From positions 124,001 through 188,000 of the forward strand of contig CBFFRQ010000042.1 in NCBI GenBank assembly GCA_965644315.1: a stretch of DNA of 64,000 bases, read 5' to 3'. Below the pieces are notes generated by a model. That model was not told the origin of the DNA. It made no database searches and saw only the letters and a program-made list of their open reading frames with translations. The position numbers were made by a program, and so were the translations under genes. The DNA is from Caecitellus pseudoparvulus. Taxonomy: Eukaryota; Protista; Bigyra: Bicosoecida. Positions 10,501-21,906 of this stretch are shown here, in pieces (position 1 is the first letter of the stretch; each line of letters starts with the position of its first letter).

Positions 10501-12568
10501 GGGCAGCACCATTTCCTCCCTCGTGGAGGCGGGGGTGTCTGTGTGGATGCTGACGGGGGACAAGCAGGAGACCGCCATCAACATCGGCTATGCTGTCCAA
10601 ATGCTCAGCAACGCCCACAACAAGATGATCCTCACCCGGGACAGCCTGGGTGCTGGCAACATTGACCAGGCGTCCTCCCTCATCGCCCAGCACGCAGAGA
10701 AGTTCCGTGATGCGCAGGCGAAGAGCATGCCCATGCTGGAGCCGCAAGCCCTGGTGCTGGACGACAGCACCATCGCTCGTCTGACCGAGTCGGGCACGAA
10801 GGAGGACAAGGACAACCTTCGGGTCGTGGCTCAGGGCTGCTCAGCAGTCATTGCCTGCCGGTGCTCGCCCTCTCGCAAGCGTGCGTTGGTCTTGTTGATC
10901 AAGGAAGGGGTGAAAGGGTCCAAGTGCCTGGCTGTGGGTGACGGTGCCAACGACGTGGACATGATTGTGGCTGCGAACGTGGGGGTGGGCATCGTTGGCG
11001 CCGAGGGAGCACAGGCTGCCAACTCTGCGGACTACGCCATTGGCCAGTTCCGTTTCCTGCAGCGCTTGCTGCTGGTACACGGGCGGTGGAACTACCACCG
11101 CATGTCCCTCCTCATCACATACTTGTTCTACAAGAACACAGTGCTGATTTTTGGAATCTTCCTGTTCGCTTGCATCGCCGGCTGGTCTGGCCAACGGTTC
11201 ATGCTGGAGACCACGCTGCAGACGTTCAACGTCGTGCTGTCTGGCGTGCCTGTCCTCATTGCTGCCGTGCTGGACCAAGACGTGGACGCGGACTCCGCCC
11301 AGCGCTTCCCCCACCTGTACGCCTTCGGCCGCACGGGGGCTGGGCTGTCCACGGCATCGTTCGTCTGGTGGATGGGCACTGCGCTGCTGGAGTCAGCGGG
11401 GCTCTTCTTCGGAGCCGTTGCCGCCATGCAGTGGAGTGACTTCGGGCAGGCAGGGGATCCATACATCTTCTCCTTGGGCACTGTGTACACAGCAGGCATG
11501 ACCATCGCCGTGAACGCCCGCCTGGCCATGTTCACCACGTCCCACTCGTGGCTGTTCCAGCTTTTCACATTCCTCTCTGTGGGGAGCCTCTTTGCCCTGG
11601 CGTACATCGCCGACTTGCTGAATGAGTCTCGCTTCACGGGCGGTGCGACACGCCTCATGCTCACGCCAGCATTCTGGCTCTTTGCTGTGGGGGGTGGCCT
11701 GGCCGTCCTCATCCCAGCGGCGGCCGTGCAGGCCTACCGCCGCACGTACATGCCGTCGTACAGGCGCCTGGTGCACGAGGTGCAGGTGCTCTGCCGCACA
11801 TGGAGGCACAGCTTGGAGTACCTGCCCATCCGGGTAACACCACGCCGCGTCGCCGCCACCCAGCGCCTCCTGGGTGACGCAGATGCCCAGGAGTTCTATG
11901 AGCGCACTGAGAAGGCGAGCAAGGAAGGTGCGGGGGCGTACCACATCGCCACATGGGGGCGCTCGCAACCCGACAAAACAAAGGTGGTGCCTTTCGAGAG
12001 CACCCTGGACTGGCAGATCAGCTGCATGCAGCGCTTGCCTTGCTTCGCGAGCCAGGCTAGCATGCCGACGGAGAAGTGGAACGAAATCGCCTTCCGCTTG
12101 CGGGAGTGGCCCCACGAGATGCAGCGACAGAACATCCTGCGCAAGCGCTGCGAAGCCATGCGCGAGGAGGGCCACGTCGACGAGGAGGCCCTGAAGGACT
12201 TGGAGCGGCGCCTGAAAGAGGACCGCCTGCAGACCCTGCAGGACCGGGGGGAGGCCGTGCCGGAGTCCATGCGCCCGTCATCTGAGGGCTCTGGCACCAT
12301 TAGCGCCATGGCTGACTCCATGGACGGGGACGCCGCTGTGACGCCCCTCAGCAGCGCGCCCTTTGACCAGCCCAGCGCGTCGTGGGGCTCGCCGTCCTCG
12401 CCCCACTCCAGCTCAGCGGTCATGTCCAAGCTGCACAAAGACTCTCCAAGTGACGCAGGAGAGGCGCCCCCCCATGCCTCCTTGGTCATGCAGGACTTGG
12501 ACTCGGATGATTTGGATGAGCAAGGCAGGTCAGCCGTCGCGCCAGCTGACGCTGACGCACACCCTTAG
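7556..12568 (+). CDS. P4-type ATPase (phospholipid flippase)
   Basis: Exons 7556-7605, 7705-7844, 7952-8031, 8135-12568. Motifs ENVITTANYT, LDGETNLK, PISLYVS, DKTGTLT, ASSPDEEA, TGDKQETA, GDGANDV and QFRFLQRLLLVHGRW. Confidence 0.95.
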
Positions 12569-12675
12569 CAGTCGGCCCAAATGCAAGCTCCGGTGCAAAC
12601 ACTGCACCCGCTGCCGCACTTTCACTCCCCTTGCCAGCCCTTCCCACGTTACATGCTGGTCTATCGTCTGGAGAG

Positions 12676-13800
12676 ATGTTGGCACCGCTTGCGCGTCGAG
12701 TCGTGAGATCTGCAGCCGCGGGCTTGAGTTGCCTGCATCCGCTTCGAGCACCAGCTGTCCCCAGCACCTTGACTGCCTTCCCCACCATGGCAGCGTCCAC
12801 CTCTGCTAGCAGCCCAGTCATCATCGACGGCAAGGCGACTGCTCTGACCATCCGCTCAGAGCTTAAGGAGCGAGTCGATGGCCTGCGTGAGAAGCACGGC
12901 AAGGTGCGTAGCGGCGGCAGGGTGCGGAATTTCTTCCCTCCCTCTCGCAAGACGCCGTCATGACCTGCACGCACGCTGAAGCGCCACTGGCTCCCTGGTC
13001 CCTGGTCTCAGGTCCCTGGTCTTGCCGTGATTTTGGTAGGGGAGCGCCGTGACAGTGCCACGTATGTGCGCATGAAGGCCAAAGCCTGCAAGGAGGTGGG
13101 CATCGCCAGCTTCCAGCACAACCTCCCGGCAGAGGTGAGCCAGGAGGAGCTCATGGCACTGGTCGCACAGCTGAACGAAGACGAAGCCGTGCACGGCATC
13201 CTCGTCCAGCTGCCCCTGCCAGACCACATTGACGAGCACGCCGTCCTGGAGAGCATCGACGTGTCCAAGGACGTGGATGGCCTGCACCCCACGAACATGG
13301 CCTACCTCGCCATGCGAGGCCGGACGCCGCTGTTCGCCCCCTGCACGCCCTCCGGCTGCATCGAGCTGCTGAAGCGCTACGACATCCCCATCAAAGGCAA
13401 GCGGGCCGTGGTCATGGGCCGCTCCAACATCGTCGGCATCCCCGCCGCCCTGCTGCTCATGGCCAACGACGCCACCGTCACGGTGTGCCACAGGCACACC
13501 GCTGACTTGGATGCACACTTGAAGGAGGCTGACATCGTCGTCGTTGCCATCGGGCGCGCCGAGGAGGTGAAGGGGTCCAGTTTGAAGCCGGGTGCCACTG
13601 TCATTGACGTCGGCATCAACTCCGTGGATGATGCCACCGCCAAGCGGGGGTACCGCTTGGTCGGGGACGTGCACTACGAGAGTGCCGTGGAGGTGGCAGG
13701 TGCCATCACGCCTGTGCCAGGTGGTGTGGGCCCCATGACCATTGCCATGCTGCTCCGGAACACGGTGGACGGCGGCGCCCGAGCCTTTGGCGAGGAGTGA
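12676..13800 (+). CDS. folD: Methylenetetrahydrofolate dehydrogenase/cyclohydrolase with putative mitochondrial presequence
   Basis: Intron 12904-13011. IIDGK, VHGILVQLPLP, KDVDGLHP, PCTPSG, GRSNIVG, TPVPGGVGPMT. Arg/Ala/Leu-rich N-terminus. Confidence 0.95.
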
Positions 13801-14188
13801 ATGGGGCAATGCAATGCCGGCACGGCTCACTGCAGCTGCTGTGCGCCAAGTGGGGCCCCTTGTGTGATGCAGAGTGAGCGGACAGTTGACGTCCTGACCC
13901 TGAGGAGGCATGGAGGCATGGAGGGATCCTCGCTGAGGGGGTCGCGCATTCGGTCGGGGCGCAGTAAATCACCTGTGCCGGACACTCGCAGCTCGCCACC
14001 AGGGTTGCATGGCTCAGAAGACTTGGACCATCCCCTGATTGTGACAGCGCCAACTCAGTCGCCGAGTGGCTGCCCAGACTGTTGGACAGCGGAGCAGCTC
14101 GCGCTGTCAGCCCCTTCCGCTGTGCTTGTGCCCGCTGCAGCGGCATTCAAGGCCTCACAGCCCCCCTCCTGACGCAAGACAAGTAATC

Positions 14189-16658
14189 ATGCAGACAGGG
14201 TTCCATGTGAGTATGGATGGGGGGTTGCCTTTCGCGGGCGGGCGGCTTTCGGGCACGGGGATGCAAGCGCAACGCCCGCGTAACGCCCTCATTTGAAGCC
14301 GACCTTGATCGTAGCACTTTGGCCTGCTTGCCGCAGGACTTCACCGCTGTGTTGGGAAAGCCGATGCCCCGGCGCCGTGAGAAGAAGAAGGCGCCCTGGT
14401 CCCAGGAGGAGGACTCAGAGCTACGCCGATGGGTGGCAGCCCGGTATGGTGAGGGCTTCGTGGACAGCAGCATCATTGAATGGTCCCAGGCTGCGAGCGA
14501 AGTGTTCCACAACCGCTCCACGAAGCAAATAAGGGAAAGGTGGGTTTCGTGTGCAGAAACAGTGCGCGGGGGCGCCTGCGGGCGCGGAAAGCGACGAACA
14601 GAGGCGCAAGGCTGCGGCGTTTCGCCGCTCACAACAGCAAACACTGAAACGACTGCCCCCAGCTCCACCAGCACTGACACTCGTGCCTGATTGCAGGTGG
14701 TGCAACGTTCTGGATCCCAGCATCAAGCGTGATGAGTGGGCAGAGCACGAGCTGCGCATCCTGTTCGAGGCACAGCAAGAGCTCGGGAACGTGCGTGCTG
14801 CCCGTGTTTCAACGCGAAACACACGCCCACTGTGCAGTCGCGGCATGGCCCCCTCCTCGCTGTTTTTGCGACAGAAATGGAGTGAAATCGCCAAGCGACT
14901 CCCTGGACGCCCGGAGGCTGCCGTGAAGAACACGTTCTACTCCTCCCAGCGGCGTGCACGACGTCGCCTGCAGCGGTACGTGCACGCCGGAAACGCAGAC
15001 GAAACGATGAAACGCAGTTACCTTGTGGGGGCAGACAAGCTGGAAAGCTGTGTTTCTGTGGGCGTTCCCAGCTTGCGCGGCGGCAGCGGCGGCGCTTGCG
15101 CTCGACCCCTGTTCCCGACTCCAGCCGCCGTTTCTGGTGGAAGCTGGCCTGGCCGGGGCTGCAGGCTGCCCGCGCACGCAAAGCACGGCCTCGACGCGTG
15201 CACGACACCACAGGCCACATGCTGCCCCACTCCCTGCACAGGTTCGGCGAGAACCGCACACCAAACTTGACGGAGATCGCCATCGAGGCCATCGAGGCGT
15301 GCAAGACCGCCCAGGCACTGAAGCAGCGCCGGGAACAGGCCCGCATGCGGGTCGGCTCCGGCGACGAGGAAGACGACCTGGACGGCGCCCTCTCCCTGGG
15401 GGATGACACCCCCACGCGAAAAGGCAAGGGCAAGGCCAAGCGTGGCGCGCGCAAGTCCACCGGTGGCCGCAAGCGCTCCCGTGACGCGGGGCTGACCGAC
15501 GTCTCCGCAGGCCTCGTCAGCGGGCTAGGCGGGCTGGGCGACCTGGGCACTGGCGGCCTGGACCCCCTGAGCCTGGACCCCTCCAACCCCATGCGCATGG
15601 GGGCCCTGTCCATGAACATGAGCATGTTCACGGGCTCCTCCGGCCTGACGGGCCTGTCCGGGCCCGGCATGGTGCCTGGCCTCGGCGTGGGGGGCATGGG
15701 GGTGGTGCTGCCCGGCCTGGGCACCAGCGGCTTCGGAGCTGGCCTGGGCGTGTCTGGCGGCCTCGCGTCCATGCCCGGCATGAACCTGCCCACCTCGGCA
15801 GACTTCCCGGCAGGGCAGGACATGGCCCCCGGCGACGCGTCCTCAGGCCCCAGGCCAGCCGTCGTGAACCTGCCGCCGTCTGCAAGCAACCTACTGGCGC
15901 CGCTGGCAGAGGCAGCGTTCGCCAACTCTGCCACGCCTGCCCTGCTGCACCCTGACGAGACCGTCATCATGCTGTGCCGGTACCACAAGGCCACCAACTC
16001 CACCATCCCCCTGCAGTGGAACGCCAGCGTCGGCACGTCCATGGACACCACCGTGACCTCCGCAGCCCTCGCCAGTGCAGGCGGCAGTGCCGGCCAGCTG
16101 GCGGCCATGACGGCTCCCATGGGCCTGCCGCCCCTCACGGCCAACCCCGGTGGCGACTTGCCCGCTCCAGACACGAACCTGCCGCCGCTGCCCGCTGGCA
16201 CGGGTGCTGCCCCAGGCGACGCCCCGACACCTGCGCCAGCCCCAGTGCCAGCCCAGGAGCAAGATGCCCCGGAGGCAGAGGGTGGAGCTACGGGGGGGGG
16301 TGACGCCCCAGAGGGGCAGGTGCAGGGCAGCGGTGAGGCCCCTGCCCCGGCGCCGGCCGCTGCAGCTGGTGGGAAGAAGGGTGTGGACGACAAGGCGCAT
16401 GTGGCTGAAGTGCTTGCGTCCTTGGGCAATGGGTGGATCAAGGAGGGCAGCAAGGCGGCGGCAGCCGGCTCCACCACCACGACAGAGGCCACGACGGCTG
16501 CTGCCGCGGCCAACAGCACAGCGGAGAGTGCCGGCTCCAGCGCAACAGGCGTGGCTCAGGCAGCCGAGCAAGCGACTGCGGCGCCAGCAGGTGGTGCGGC
16601 GGGAGAGGCCGCCAGTGTGGAGACTGCTGCCAAGCGCCAGCGCACGGACAGCGCGTGA
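14189..16658 (+). CDS. Two-repeat Myb transcription factor with low-complexity C-terminus
   Basis: Spliced Myb repeats APWSQEED...RSTKQIRERWCNVLDPSIKRDEW...LGNKWSEIAKRLPGR..VKNTF. Putative micro-exon 14189-14206. Last exon from about 15242; intron 14976-15241 may hide an extra exon. Confidence 0.85.
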
Positions 16659-16884
16659 GCTGGCTCGACCCGCTTGCCGCAAGTACACGCACCCCCCTCG
16701 CCCAGCATCCGACCGTGGTCCCGAAAGGCAGGATTGCTCATCGCAAAATGCAAACGGCCACGCTGAGTGTTGAACGTGTGTCTCCCACTGCCCCTTTGCC
16801 CTGCGCAGCTCAGTGCCATTCGCTGACGTTGCTCGCCTAACCTTCCATCTCACACGCCGAAGGTGCCCCTGCACTTGCCGAGCG

Positions 16885-18821
16885 ATGGCAGGAGAAGGGG
16901 GTCATGCAGCTCAGGACTTCGGCTGGCAGGCCGTTCCCGAACTGTTCCTCCACAATCTCTGCTTCTTCCTACAGGCTCGTGACCTGTGCACACTGGTGCG
17001 CAGTGCGGAGTGCGGAAGCTCTGCGGCGCTTTCAATTTCCGCATGCCCCCCACCTCCCGCCCTGCCTGCAGGCGTGCGTGAACAAGGACTTTGCGCGCCT
17101 GACACGGCAAGATGAAGTGTGGGATTCCTTGCTGCTGGCAGAGGTTGGGCGCTTTGATTCGATGCACGTGAAGCACATGCAGCAGCGCAGCTCCCGCACG
17201 GTGCCGAGCAAAGAGTACGACATGCGATGGAAGGCAAGCTGAGCTTGCTCAAGCCACAGAAGCACACCCAACGCCGCGCACCCACTGCAGAGCCTACGAA
17301 GCTTGGACGTCAACAGTTGATCGGTGGACCTCCATGTCTGTGACGGGGCGGAACCTGTCCTACAACAGGCTGCGCATCAGCCAAGGCCCGGTGTTTGGCG
17401 TGGCTCCTCTGGCCCCACCCCGCAAACCCTCGGGCACTGCCCCTGCTGCGCCCGGCGCCGAGGCAGGCGTGTACCTCGCAGCAACGTCTGACGCCCGCCT
17501 TGTGGTGGTGGAGGGTGACACGGCCACTGACCTGCCATGCCCGCCCACCGTGACACCCGGCCGGCAGGGGGCGGGGTACCTCGGCCTGGCGTACGACCCC
17601 ACTTCCCGCACTGCCATCACTGGCTCCTTCGACGGCACAGCACGTGCCTGGCGCATCAACTGGGAAGATTGTGAGGGCCTGGCCTCTCTGCCTGTGCGCC
17701 GTCTGAAGGGCATCCTTGCCGATAGGGGTGTGTCAGCGGTGGGCTGCCTCGAGAAGCCCGACCTGGTGCGCCGCATCCAGGTGACCGGCGCCTTGCCGCC
17801 GGCAGAGGACCTGGGAACACTGCCGGGCCACACCGGCACCGTCGTGTCATGTGCCGTGCAGGGGGACTTTGCCGCCACAGTCGGGAATGACGGCACTGCT
17901 CGGCTGTGGGCGCTGCGTGAGCCTGAGGCGCCCGACACCCCAACACCAGGCAGGGCAGCAGAGGGAGACACTGTGTCTCCCTCTGCTGCTCGCAGGGCCC
18001 GTGCGCAGCAGTGGGCTTCACAGCAGACGAGGCACCGCAGCCTGGCGGTGCTGCCGGCTCACGGGGAGGGCGTAGACAGCATCGCCCTGCACCCCGCGGC
18101 AGGTGCCATGCTGACCGGCGGCAAGGACGGCTGCGTGAAGGTGTGGGACGTCACTGCCGCCGCGCACCGCTGCACGGGCGCAGGGCGTGCTGCTGCGCTC
18201 GCTGACGGGACGTTTGAGCAGCCCATTGAGCCAGCCTGCACGGCAACCTTCGAAGGCTTGGGCTCCTGGGTGTGGTGCGTCGCATCCTGTGACACTGGCC
18301 ACCCTGGCCTGGAGGATGTGGGCAGCTGGGTGGCCGCGCAGCCACCCGTCGTTCGGGAAGTCCTAGCAGGCACTGCGGGGGGTGTGTTGTACTGCTGCGA
18401 CGCCCGTGTGCCCACTGGGCCTGTGGCCGCCACTCCCCTGGGGCCGGGAGTGCCTGTGGCAGGCCTGGTCACACAACTCTCCCACCACCGCATCTTGGCT
18501 TCCTGCTTCGACGCCAAGGTGTACCTGCTGGATTCGCGCAAGTGGGCAGTTGTGGAGGCCGCGCCCATCCCTGGCGTGGAGGCGCCCTCGTCGTCCCCTC
18601 AGCCTCAGCAGGAGATCAGGCCGTTTTGGTCCGGACACGCAGCCAGGCAGCCGATGGCTGGGGCTCTGCCCAGCCCTGTGCAGTACACGTTCACGACCAT
18701 GTACACCATAGCCACTGCTTCAGAGCGGCTGACCCGCCTGGCGTGCTTCCCTGGCGGTGGTGCTGCCGGCTGCTTTGACGGGTCAGTGCACACGTTCACG
18801 TACACCAGTGGGCTGTGGTGA
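16885..18821 (+). CDS. F-box/WD40-repeat protein with internal SAP-like motif
   Basis: Introns 16996-17071 and 17215-17290. F-box-like VPELFLHNLCFFLQARDLCTLACVNKDF..W. WD repeats TGSFDGTARAW, GHTG...GNDGTARLW and TGGKDGCVKVWD. Confidence 0.8.
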
Positions 18822-18998
18822 GCTGGCAGCCGCATGTCCCGTGAAGTGCCAAACTTGATAATACACCCCGTGCATGCTGAGTGCTTGCCGCGTACATCTT
18901 GAGATCTGCACTCCTATAACGCTGCTGGTTCGTTCCACTGCCTCGGATTGCCGAGCTGTGTGCCTAGCACTGCGCACACGCGGACACGCCAATCCATC

Positions 18999-21745
18999 AT
19001 GGCGGATGTCGATTGGCGGGATGAAGGCGCCATGGCCATGCTGTCCACCGACGAGCGAGAGAAGGTTCTCAGTAACTACGTTCGGGGGAAGTGCATGGAC
19101 CGCACCTCGGAATTCAAGTGAGTTGCGGACGCCTCCGCGCTTGGCACCAGTGCTGGTGTTGGATGTACAAGACACAACGCCACACCAGCCGCGCGGCTGG
19201 TGTGGGTATGGCAACATGGGCCCTTGGCAGGCTGATTTGCACCGTTCTTTTATGCCCCGTGTCGCGCCGTCACAATGTGCCCAGCACCAGCGTGTGCTCT
19301 GCGGCGGCCGTGCTCCGTGTGAGCATGTCCGTTTCGGCGTGTTGGCGTGGTGGGCAGCACCAGCACCTCTGCGCTCATTCTGTCGGGCACACCCTCGCCG
19401 AATGGCTGCTTTGCAGGTTCGATGAGGTCCAGTTGATGGTGAAGACGTTCGGCCTGCAAGCCTTATTCAAGCTCCTGGATGGCGGCGTGCGCTCCACCTC
19501 TGGCAAGGTCATGACCAACATGGCTTTCTCGTGCATGCACACGGCAGGCATGAAGTGCTCTCAGCAGGCTGAGGCCAACGGGGAGAAGCTGTACCTTCAC
19601 CATGAGCAGTGCATTGAGAGGTACTTGGAAGGCACAGTGCTGCCGGCCTTGAACAGACTCAGCGGGACACAGCTGCTGAAGGAGTTCAAGAGGCGATGGG
19701 AGAACCACAAAATCTTCACGGAGTGGATGCGGAAGCTGTTCAGGTACCTGGACGGCAGGGGGGGGTACATCAAGAATTTCCAGAAGCCGACGCTGACCTC
19801 CAAGGGCATCGCCCTGTTCAAGCGCATCGTCTTCGACGGGAAGAAGGCTGACCTCATGCACACCATCCAGCTCATCGCCAACCAGGAGCGGGAGGGAGAG
19901 CAGATCGACCGCAGCCTGCTCAAGTCCGTCATCGAGCTGTTCCTGGTCATGGGCATCGCCGAGGTGCAGGACTTCAAGGACATGAAGGACGTCCAGCTGC
20001 GCGCAGGGGACGAGCAGGCAGGCACGTCCTCCACCTACAGGGACGACTTTGAGGTGCCATTCCTCCGGAACACCACCGAGTACTACAACAGCAAAGCGCT
20101 GGCGTGGTTCGAGGCAGACTCTGCGCCGGAGTACCTGGCCAAGTGTGAGACTGCCCTGGAGGCCGACCGTGAGCGCGTGCTAGCGTACCTGAACCCGGTC
20201 ACTGAGCCAAAGCTGGTGGCCGTGATCCGGGATGTGCTCATCAAGGACCGAGTGGAAGCACTCCTGAACAAGGACGGGTCTGGTGCAGTCTGCCTTATGC
20301 GGGATGAGAAGTTCGCTGACCTGGGTCGCATGTTCCGCATGTTCAACTTGGTGGCCGGCGGCTTGACCAGCTTTGGCCGCTGCTTCCGAGAGTACGTGAA
20401 AGGCCTCGGAAACGACGTCATCCAGCGACGCGCAAAAGACTGCGAGGCGAAGAAAGCGGCCGGGAAGGAAGCAGCTGTGCTTGATGTCACATTTGTTGAG
20501 AACATCCTGGAGCTGTACAAGAGGTACGACAACTTGGTGCACTCCACCTTTGAGTCACACTCGGTGTTCCAAGAGGAGTTCAAGAACGCCTGGACGCACG
20601 TCATGAATGGTGATGCTGGCTCCGTGCCGGTGCCTCAACTGCTCGCATCGTACATGGACCACGTGCTGCGCGACAGCAAGCGAACCGAGGCGGAGCAGAT
20701 GAGCCTCATGCGCGAGTGCGGCAAGCTCGTGGAGTACATGGACTCTAAGGACATCTTCCAACTGCACTACGAGAAGATGCTGGGCGACCGCTTGTTGAAC
20801 AAGCACACCGTGTCGGATGACGTGGAGAAGAACACCATTGTCATGTTCAAGGAGGGCAAGGGCTCTGGCTTCACCACCAAGATGGAGGGCATGGTGGCCG
20901 ACATCGCCACCTCAAAGAAGGTGCTGGAGCAGTTCAAGGAGCCCTTCGAAGGGTGGGCTGCCTCTCAGGAGGCTGCAGGCCATCCCCGCGTCTTGTTCGA
21001 GCCCGTCGTGCTCTGTGCTGGGCACTGGCCTGCCTTCCCCGACCTCAGCAAGCTCATGCCATGCCCCCAGTTCCAGAGCGTCGCGGAAGTGTACACTGGC
21101 TTCTGGTCGACGAAGAACGGCGCTCGTAAGATTGTGTGGGAGTGGGCCCGTGGCAAGGCCGAGCTGTTCGTGTACTTGGAGAAAGACGGCAAAACTGACC
21201 GGAAGACCGTCACCATGGCCATGCTGCAAGCCTTTGCGTGCCTGCAGTTCAACTCCAAGGAGGCCTTTGGCAAGACGGAGCTGGCAGGCATCACCGGGCT
21301 GGACCCGGCCATGCTGGAGCAGGTGATGAAGCCCATGCTGACCAAGGCAAAGAAGCTGCCGAATGGCAAGGTCAAGAAGTACCCCGGCCTGTTCAAGTTC
21401 AAGAGCGACAAGGCCACACAGAAGGTCACGTACACCTTCAATGCCGGGTACACCAACCCTCGCAAGGAAGTGGACATTGCTGCGCCCAACTTGACCACGA
21501 CGCGAGCGTCTGACACCCGGCGCATCGACAAGGGGCGTGAGTTCCAGCTCGATGCCGCCATCGTGCGCATCATGAAGACGAGGCAGACCCTGCGCCACAC
21601 TGACCTCATTGCGGAGGTGGTGAAGGCCATCCGCCTCTTCCGGCCCCAGCCTGCCGACATCAAGAAGCGCATTGCAAGCCTTATCGACAAGGAGTACCTG
21701 ACCCGTGATGAGGATGACCGTGCCCTGTACCACTACCAGGCATAG
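18999..21745 (+). CDS. Cullin (cullin-1-like)
   Basis: Exon 18999-19117, intron 19118-19416. RWENHK..W..LFRYLD, EREGEQIDR, KDIF..HY...L..RLL, neddylation motif AAIVRIMK and IKKRIASLIDKEYL. Confidence 0.93.
19180..19205. repeat. Perfect 26-nt palindrome in cullin intron 1
   Basis: CCACACCAGCCGCGCGGCTGGTGTGG equals its own reverse complement. Confidence 0.9.
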
Positions 21746-21906
21746 AGGCTGCTCGTCGCTGCGGACCCTAGCGCGCAGGGGCTTGCCTGTGCCCCCCTGC
21801 CTGAAACCGAGGCAGTTGAAAGTGCTCTGCCACTTTCCTGTCACGACTGCGGAATGCATCCACTGCTAAGCCGAGCAAAAACTTTCGAGCAGCCTTGCAG
21901 TGACAT

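Noticed and set aside
12990-13023. Short GGTCCCTGGTCT direct repeat around the FolD acceptor
   Set aside because: Only 12 nt with no other sign of a mobile intron or target-site duplication; compatible with chance or local slippage.
15490-15790. Gly/Leu/Met-rich quasi-repeats (GGCCTG-like units)
   Set aside because: Low-complexity coding sequence in the Myb C-terminus, not a DNA repeat array or CRISPR.
14723-16519. 598-aa minus-strand ORF opposite the Myb gene, and many similar antisense ORFs (e.g. 34278-35423, 25813-26796, 20912-21859)
   Set aside because: Shadow frames expected from high GC and codon bias. They have no motifs and fully overlap well-supported genes.
17222-17242. Apparent premature stop (TGA) splitting the F-box from the WD40 ORF
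   Set aside because: It lies inside a canonical 76-nt intron (17215-17290) whose removal restores the frame, so this is not a pseudogene.
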